Of a stretch of DNA of 64,000 bases, positions 58,101-64,000 are shown piece after piece. Source of the DNA: Auanema rhodensis (Eukaryota; Animalia; Nematoda); NCBI GenBank assembly GCA_964057225.1, contig OZ059896.1:12028001-12092000 (forward strand). The letters are read 5' to 3'. The notes under the pieces were generated by a model. The model was not told where the DNA came from. It saw only the letters and a program-made list of their open reading frames with translations, and searched no databases. Every line of letters starts with the position of its first letter. Within the stretch, counting starts at the first letter, position 1. A program made the translations under genes and the position numbers.

Positions 58101-61100
58101 GGATTAGTGTTTCGTAGTCTTTCAGGAATGTCGTCGTCTGAGAGTTCCAGCGGATGTAGAAGGTTCACTGGTCGTTTGAGTTCTCTGCCTGATTCTGAAA
58201 GAAGCGTGACTTCTCTGGTCTGTCCGTTCTTGTCTGGTGAGATATGTGTGATTTTTCCAATCGGCCATTTGTACCGAGGTATCGGACTGTCGTTGATAAG
58301 TACGTATTGGTCGATTCTTGGCTGTTGATTGGAACCAGCTTTCTTCACCGAGATGTTGTTCTTGTGGTGTTCTCTTAACTCTTTGAGGTAGAGTTCGATC
58401 CATAACTCCCAGAATTTGTTTGTGCGTTGTCTGGAGGAATGGATGGCTTTTTCTGTGTCTGCTCTTGTTTGTAAGGCAGGGTTGTCGAGGTATTCTTCGT
58501 CGTCATCGTCCGAGTGGAATGAAATGTTAAGGTCCAAGTCTTTGTGAATAAAGTCACATGGTCTGATTATTTCATCTGTTCCTGTGTCGGATCCGATGTA
58601 TGTGAGTGGGCGAGTGTTGAGTGTTGCTTCACATTCAGCTAAGGTGATTGACAGTTCTTCGCTTGTTGGTATGTTCTTCATGGTTTTGTGAAGAGAGTCT
58701 TTTACTGATCGGATAAGGCGTTCGTAGAATCCTCCTTGCCAAGGGGCGTAAGGTGTTATGTTGTGCCATTTTATTTTATGGCTGTCACCTGTTTGTGTCG
58801 TGTTGGCGATGCTGAACAGTCTGTTTGCCACTTTCTGTCCTAGTTCGAATGTGGTGGCGTTGTCGCAAGTGATGCTTTCCGGATATCCTCTACGTGCCCA
58901 TATCTTCCTTAGACAGTTAAGAAATGCTTTTGTGGTAAGGTCTTCTATAACTTCTAAGTGTAGTAGGCGTGTGACTGTGCAGGTATAGATGCAACCCCAT
59001 ACTTTGTGAGGTTTGTCCTTTACCGTCAGCGGTCCGAAGTAGTCGAGGCCTATGTGTTGGAATGGTCGGCTTCGGTTGAGTCTTCTGCTGGGTATGTCGC
59101 CAGAGGGGGGGTACGTGAATGGTCGGTTGTTCATTCGTTGGCACTCTACGCATCTTCGTATGACTGAGATGGTTTGTGAGCGAAGTTGTGGTATCCAGAA
59201 TTTCTGTCGAACTTCGGCCATGGTGTGTGACGTGCTTTTGTGAAATTGGTTGTGGACGTGTTCGATAATTAAGGTGGCTGTCCTTGTTTTGGGTAAGACG
59301 ATGATAGGAAGTTTTGCACTCTCATCTAGTTCACTATTCTGCATTCGTCCGCGGCTGTGCCAAAGATGATCTTTCAACAGTGGTCTTAAGTCGTTTCGTT
59401 GTGCTGCTGTAAGACGTACGAGTAGGTTGTGTTGATGCAGATGGAGAAGGTTCAGTTCGGCTTCTTCGTAATGTGTCGGTAGTCGTTTCTCTAACAGCGA
59501 ATAATTCTCTGCGATCCATTTTTCTTGTGCTTGGATCCATGTGTTGCAGTGTTCTAGCCAGGATTCTTCGTATTCTTCAGATGTCCTAGCTGTATTCACT
59601 GTGATTTCTGGTTGAGGTAATGAGAAGAGCGGACCATTAATGGCTTTGTCAATTTGTGCTTTGGGATTCCACCAGAAATGATTTAGTAGCTCGTCTGTTG
59701 TGCAACCTCTTGTGGCAATGTCGGCTGGGTTGTCTTTGGTGTTGATGTAACCAAAGTATGTCTTGATATCCATATCTTCGATTTGGTCGATGTGGTCGTA
59801 GATTTCCTTGATTCTGTTTTGTACTAAGACTCCTGTTGTCTTCTGATCAGGTTTTCGTCTTATCCATGCTAACGTTATTTCTGAGTCCGATAAAAATGTT
59901 GTAGACAAGATTTTGATGTTGTCTTTCATTTCTTTGATGATTTTGTTGGTGTTTGTGACACCTACTGTGAGAGCTGATATTTCTGCTTTCGGGATGGTGA
60001 TGTTGGAGTTCTTTGAGTGTAGCTTGGATTTAGCGAAGATCAAGGTAGGTATGCGTGATGTGGCTGCCAGGAGGTATGTGCAGAATCCTAGGGCTGATCC
60101 GCTAGAATCTGTGCAGGTAACTAAGTGGTACTGCTGATTCGGATCTTCTGGTAGGGCTCGTTGCTGAGTTTTGTTGAAGTTGAAGTTTTCGGCTAGTGTA
60201 TGCCATGTTTTTTGGTGTTCTTCAGGCAACGTAGTGTCCCAGTCGTAATTCTCTGTCCATAGATTCTGTAGGAAGAGTCGTAGTGGGTGTAGGCATGGAC
60301 TTATCAAACCCATGGGGTCAAAGATCGATGCAATGGCTTGTGTAATACCACGTTTGGTCAGTTTTGTTTCTGGAAGCTTGGTTTGGATGATCCATTGGTC
60401 CGTTTCTGTGTCCCATGGTAATCCAAGAACTTTTGGTTTTGCTGAGGTGTTTTTCTCCTCTAGTAGTAGGTTTTTGTTGAAGTCCGGACTGTTCGTTATG
60501 AATTCTTGTAGTGTCATGTTCATTTCTGCGAATATGTCCTTTGTTTCTTGGTATCCCAGTTTGAGGTCTTCTTCTGAGTTTGTGGCAAGTAATAGGTTGT
60601 CCACGTAAAGGTTCTCTTTAATTTGGTGGGCTAGGAAGTTTTCGTTGCTTCTTTGTTCCAGATGATGACGAATTGTGGCTGCGAGGAGAAATGGCGAGGC
60701 ATTGATTCCAAAGGGAACTCTACAGAAGCGTAGGGTTCTTGTATTTTCGGTGCTCATTGGTTTGGAGATATCTCTCAGCCAAAAGAATCTTGTAGCGTCA
60801 CGTTCTGACTCGTGGAGTCTTATTTGAAGAAATGCTTTCTTTACGTCTGCTATCAGTGCCATTTTCCCGCAGCGGAAGCGTAAAATCATTCCTACTAGTG
60901 ATGGTAGGATTAGTGGTCCTTGATGGATGACGTCGTTCAGACTGGGTCTGTTCTGGTAGTGTCCGGAAGCGTCGTATACTATCCTTAGTTTGGTTGTTTC
61001 CTTTTGTGGGGTCAGAACTGCTTGATGAGCAATGTAGTGTATCGTTTGAGCGTCAGGGTATGGTTCTTCTGCTGGTTCGATTATTCCATTGTCTAGTTGT

Positions 61101-63382
61101 TCTTGAATGATTTTGTCGTATGCTGCTAGTGAATCTGGTTGTTGAGATAATTTTACGACTAGACTTATGAGGCGTCTGTGAGCAAGTGATTTGTTGTCGG
61201 GGAGAAGATTGATGTTGTCTTTCCATGGGAAGGAGACGTAATAACCATCGTCTCTTTTTTGGATGGTGGATTGGAATTGTTCCAATACTAGTTTGTCTCG
61301 TGCTTGTTTTTCTTCTTGTTCGGTTCCCGTAAATTCTTGCTGCTCCTCGATGAAGTTTTTGTTCCATGTGTCTATCGGGATAGAGGTGTTTCCAGTTATA
61401 ACTGAGAAGGCGTTGATGGATGGTTGGTCGCTTGCTTTTCCTGTTATGAAGTCTCCAAATTGTGTCTTGACTTGTATGTGGTCGTCAGAGATTGGTATAA
61501 TGGCTGTCAGAGCTTGCCACATTAAATCGGAGCCTATGAGTATGCGTGGATTGACGTAGGTTCCTTGATTTAATTTGAAGGTGGAGTTGTCTGATTTTGG
61601 AATTCGGACTGTTTTGATGGGACCCGTCAAGGTCTTTTTTGTCCAAAGGTGTGCAGTGATGTTGGAGACTGTTCCTTTGATTGTTGCTTTCACCTTTGTG
61701 AGGTGTTCAACGCTTTTTGTGTTGCCGAAAGTCTTGATTTTTACGCGTTTAGATTCTATAACGGGTAGTTGAAGTTCTTTGGCAAGTTCTTCTTCGATGA
61801 AAGATGTGTCCGATCCAGAGTCCAAGATGGCTGGGATTGTGGAAAATTTTCCATTCGTCATTATCTTGATTTCTCCTATTGGAAGGAGGGCGCTTTTGAA
61901 TTGATTGGTAGAGAACTGGGAGGAAAATTGAACCGTGTGTTCTTCGGTTTCCTCGTCATTGTAGGGTGTGCTCTCAATTAAGTTGACTTTGGTCGTCTTC
62001 TTTTTATTAGCGCATAAGATGTCGATGTGTTTTTCTCCGCATTTGGAGCATGTTCGTTTGCTTGGACATGACTCCGTGTTGTGTGTTTTGCGGAGACAGT
62101 TGATGCATCTCTTTTCCTGGTTGAGAATGGTTAGACGCTCCTTCCTCGACTTTGTTGTGTCACAGTCCCATGGGGCGTGAGGTTTCTGGCAGAAGATGCA
62201 ACTGGATGTTTTTGCTAGTTTTTTAGCTTCTGGTTTGTTGCGTTGGGAATTGTAGGTGTTCCCTGGTGGTGAGTTGTAGACTCGTGTGATTGGTTTCTCG
62301 AACCGATCTGCTGCGAAAATTTTCACCTTGTTTTGGCATCGGATATGTCGCCTTGTGATGTCTACTAGGTCTCTGATGTCAGGTGTTTTTCCCGAGGGGA
62401 ATGATTTGTAGATCTCTTGGAGAAGGTTCCCTGGTAGTTTCTTGTGTAAGATAACTACAGCGAGGGAGTTGAGTTCGGCGTTCCTGTTTCCTTCAGTTTG
62501 GCGAAAAATGCCTGCGATCTTGTCCATCATGGAGAGGAGGTCATGCTGGTTGGATGTTCTCGCTTGTATCTGGAGAAATTCCAGCATGAGATGTTGTGTG
62601 ATGTTGTCGTTATCATCATATAGATCCTGCAGGTGATGTACTGCGCTGAAGTAGTAGTCTTCATCCGTTGGGAATGAAGCTATTTGTGAAGCTGCTTCTC
62701 CTGTTAATGACTGGCGAAGGTAGTTAAACTTTTCTATGGTGGGCATGTTCGATGAGTGTATGAGTGTGTGGAACAAGCACCAAAAGTTTTTCCAGCTTTT
62801 CACGTTGCCATCGAAGCGTGGGATATCGACAGGTTTGAGTGTTGGCCGTGATCGATATGTTTCCCAGCTTCGAGGTTGTGTGGCGTGTGTGAGTTCAGCA
62901 GTTCCAATGAGGTGGTGCTCAGAGGGCTGTGAACTGTCTGTGTGTGTTGGGTCAGGGCTGTTCTCAGTGTGGTTGAGACCCTTCAGGTAGTTGACTTGTT
63001 CTTGTATGTCGTTACTGTATGACAGTAGGGTAGAGATGTGTTTCCGCAGAGTTTCTTCGTTCTTCGTGATCCGACTTTGGTCCTCGGGGCGTAGGTCGGT
63101 TGGGATGTGTTTCATCTCGTCCATCAGTTTGTTGATGGCGAGGATGTCCCCATTGATGTTTGAAATCTCCCTTTCACGGGTGTCAATCATGCTTGGGGTT
63201 TTGTTGGAGGTATTAGTAACTTGACGTACCGCATATGATTTCCTCCTTGCGTCGTTGTCCTTGAGCTTAGCGAGTAATAATGAGCAGCTGCTGTTCCATT
63301 GTTCGGCGCGAGTTTCTTCGTTGGACTCGGCTTGATGCACCATGTCGTTTTGTCCTCTAGTTGGAGAGCGAATAACGGGCAT
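55133..63382 (-). CDS. Gag-Pol-Env polyprotein, 2749 aa
   Basis: Same domains as copy 1; I count 9 amino-acid substitutions and one Pro indel between the two translations. Confidence 0.96.
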   Translation of the reverse strand: MPVIRSPTRGQNDMVHQAESNEETRAEQWNSSCSLLLAKLKDNDARRKSYAVRQVTNTSNKTPSMIDTREREISNINGDILAINKLMDEMKHIPTDLRPEDQSRITKNEETLRKHISTLLSYSNDIQEQVNYLKGLNHTENSPDPTHTDSSQPSEHHLIGTAELTHATQPRSWETYRSRPTLKPVDIPRFDGNVKSWKNFWCLFHTLIHSSNMPTIEKFNYLRQSLTGEAASQIASFPTDEDYYFSAVHHLQDLYDDNDNITQHLMLEFLQIQARTSNQHDLLSMMDKIAGIFRQTEGNRNAELNSLAVVILHKKLPGNLLQEIYKSFPSGKTPDIRDLVDITRRHIRCQNKVKIFAADRFEKPITRVYNSPPGNTYNSQRNKPEAKKLAKTSSCIFCQKPHAPWDCDTTKSRKERLTILNQEKRCINCLRKTHNTESCPSKRTCSKCGEKHIDILCANKKKTTKVNLIESTPYNDEETEEHTVQFSSQFSTNQFKSALLPIGEIKIMTNGKFSTIPAILDSGSDTSFIEEELAKELQLPVIESKRVKIKTFGNTKSVEHLTKVKATIKGTVSNITAHLWTKKTLTGPIKTVRIPKSDNSTFKLNQGTYVNPRILIGSDLMWQALTAIIPISDDHIQVKTQFGDFITGKASDQPSINAFSVITGNTSIPIDTWNKNFIEEQQEFTGTEQEEKQARDKLVLEQFQSTIQKRDDGYYVSFPWKDNINLLPDNKSLAHRRLISLVVKLSQQPDSLAAYDKIIQEQLDNGIIEPAEEPYPDAQTIHYIAHQAVLTPQKETTKLRIVYDASGHYQNRPSLNDVIHQGPLILPSLVGMILRFRCGKMALIADVKKAFLQIRLHESERDATRFFWLRDISKPMSTENTRTLRFCRVPFGINASPFLLAATIRHHLEQRSNENFLAHQIKENLYVDNLLLATNSEEDLKLGYQETKDIFAEMNMTLQEFITNSPDFNKNLLLEEKNTSAKPKVLGLPWDTETDQWIIQTKLPETKLTKRGITQAIASIFDPMGLISPCLHPLRLFLQNLWTENYDWDTTLPEEHQKTWHTLAENFNFNKTQQRALPEDPNQQYHLVTCTDSSGSALGFCTYLLAATSRIPTLIFAKSKLHSKNSNITIPKAEISALTVGVTNTNKIIKEMKDNIKILSTTFLSDSEITLAWIRRKPDQKTTGVLVQNRIKEIYDHIDQIEDMDIKTYFGYINTKDNPADIATRGCTTDELLNHFWWNPKAQIDKAINGPLFSLPQPEITVNTARTSEEYEESWLEHCNTWIQAQEKWIAENYSLLEKRLPTHYEEAELNLLHLHQHNLLVRLTAAQRNDLRPLLKDHLWHSRGRMQNSELDESAKLPIIVLPKTRTATLIIEHVHNQFHKSTSHTMAEVRQKFWIPQLRSQTISVIRRCVECQRMNNRPFTYPPSGDIPSRRLNRSRPFQHIGLDYFGPLTVKDKPHKVWGCIYTCTVTRLLHLEVIEDLTTKAFLNCLRKIWARRGYPESITCDNATTFELGQKVANRLFSIANTTQTGDSHKIKWHNITPYAPWQGGFYERLIRSVKDSLHKTMKNIPTSEELSITLAECEATLNTRPLTYIGSDTGTDEIIRPCDFIHKDLDLNISFHSDDDDEEYLDNPALQTRADTEKAIHSSRQRTNKFWELWIELYLKELREHHKNNISVKKAGSNQQPRIDQYVLINDSPIPRYKWPIGKITHISPDKNGQTREVTLLSESGRELKRPVNLLHPLELSDDDIPERLRNTNPSRDVPPIRQSNPRNVPRLWYGEQRTNLFTYLSIFSILLPIISATPTISCNYQGVQIQGISTNNQQVCIHNTCYNNSHDGNLIFPPADILTNYDVSWTFQHNSRIHHMMITCPAVHFCSTVTCTFCTATLFNPSCWPWTSMLLLTFLTYMLTALCYGILYTPWVIGKPIRLWIRLCTTIIMTIIKTIRHTRQPRPHKSAIPLLALMSLIQVTFSCQELAITSSEQSTCIQEKCHIQTTHNLNISPYTQEACLTLSNNQDNISFLRIQWIKTNYKCETRSLYFTRESKTHVQDSKRCPHTGSCQEEKCSNITPNSTVSELHIANQYPGTTHCTESCGGIGCGCFYPSSGCLFYRTYQKPTDTSIYEVYDCNSWTPTTDLSLTYRNGSTTISKNVTLYSDVPKHIYPFTLTITSLSPPVIPAMQYKFIRNLTRTAIWNQQPMLSCPSRRDAINMNCNATPTCVCTPAEDQVNCQCHETSITSAFTNVQSAIPMLTPSYMIMNEERNLRININSNMLTVIHIKIDGEFHTSSSQDSTHCNIQDSPLTGCYNCNRGAQASITCTSPQPTLAAIQCGESAFMTQCSPQGTTNSIQLPITSASPRITCTYTCGTQENTFLLSGMLYYVNTLQDLRSHYILGNHSSLQETAFTFSWPDITHFYNIYQEWYKALATCLLIAIIAFTFSYYIITTYATRLALGTAHYMAAATCYIFLIPLRVFIIFWRQLLLLKSRKTHILVVFILFTMSLANTRACEINLVLQRSQERCDSFLKLTREKRIECLKELTQHMDQSLRDFYKTEASELSDKSNLINSAATALKNFIRLKDFLNTARTHHVFQNEQDKLKPFGNERRLNELMKSIQREHIPAINGDKMPYNSSTIKRDGEAPGCPQPKGNIIVVEAQPELKEILEELKHMRSENKRMTSVLIEQLDQQKKFDSLKKELKEIKELLAKGIQAKPRVSKETQTTGRIKTRKEMEQEILPTKRNKTQAAIITI
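63326..63342 (-). promoter_or_regulatory. Primer binding site of copy 2
   Basis: Reverse complement is TGGTGCATCAAGCCGAG, abutting the 5' LTR. Confidence 0.75.
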
Positions 63383-63875
63383 TTGTGGTTCAGTGGTAGT
63401 GGAATATTAGTCCAAGTAATAGGCAATAGACGCGAGTACAAGAGAAGAGTTTATTATCGGCGATACGAATACAATACGAGTAAAATAGAAATAAATTGAC
63501 GGGAAGATGATAGCGGTGGCAGAATGATATTGAGACATGATTTAGAAGAATTATTGCGGGTTTATATACTAGGTCCCCGGAAGTGATAGATAATGTATTA
63601 ATTGTAGAAAGCGAGAGGAGGGGTCTAAATCCTATGTGATTCATCCCCCTTGCAAGTGGGCGACGGCTATCGCGCCTAAGATCTTGCCTAATGGATCAGA
63701 TGGCAAAGGGCGATAGGTGATTCATCGGCAAATCGGCCGTTGGTGACAACTTACAGGATTATCGATTAGATAGTTGAGGATAATGGATAGTACAAAGAGA
63801 GGACAATAAAGAAGTACAATTGAACTTAAACTAAGGAGGAACACTATTATCACGGGATGAGAGTGCTTCAGCACA
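63343..63875 (-). repeat. 5' LTR of BEL copy 2 (533 bp)
   Basis: TG...CA on the minus strand, flanked by TSD ATATT. Confidence 0.97.
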
Positions 63876-64000
63876 ATATTTCTACCGCTATTTCATAATT
63901 TCATTTTTTAAATTTTTAATCATTAAAAAACATTTAAATTTCAATATTGTGATGCTCAAAAACTGAAACAGTTGAATATTTTGTATTTTCTAAACCATTT
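63876..64000 (+). repeat. 167-bp satellite resumes (partial monomer)
   Basis: ATATTTCTACCGCTATTTCATAATTTC... continues the monomer interrupted at 54575. Confidence 0.95.

Larger units (their letters stand above)
54576..63875 (-). mobile_element. Full-length BEL/Pao env-bearing element, copy 2 (9300 bp)
   Basis: Reverse complement of copy 1 at roughly 99% or higher identity by eye; TSD ATATT at 54571-54575 and 63876-63880; its two LTRs look identical. Confidence 0.97.

Noticed and set aside
54576-63875. Copy 2 as an assembly artefact or inverted segmental duplication of copy 1
   Set aside because: It has a different TSD, a different monomer position and its own substitutions, and the flanking satellite is not inverted.

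Overview
Eukaryotic DNA, most likely nematode. About 41 kb is a head-to-tail, roughly 80% AT tandem satellite with a 167-bp monomer (about 245 copies, one orientation throughout). Three intact, very young retroelements interrupt it. Two are near-identical, independently inserted copies of a 9.3-kb BEL/Pao (Belpaoviridae) LTR element: 2897-12199 on + (TSD AATTC) and 54576-63875 on - (TSD ATATT). Each has one ~2750-aa Gag-PR-RT-RH-IN-Env ORF with a phlebovirus-like Gn/Gc envelope and an unexplained 242-aa helical C-terminal module behind what looks like a third signal peptide. The third is a complete 4.45-kb DIRS1-type tyrosine-recombinase retrotransposon (25609-30062) with ITRs and an ICR. In it, a predicted 43-nt GT-AG intron fuses gag in frame to RT/RH/MT. 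No host genes, RNA genes or CRISPR arrays are visible. All comparisons were made by eye; no searches were run.
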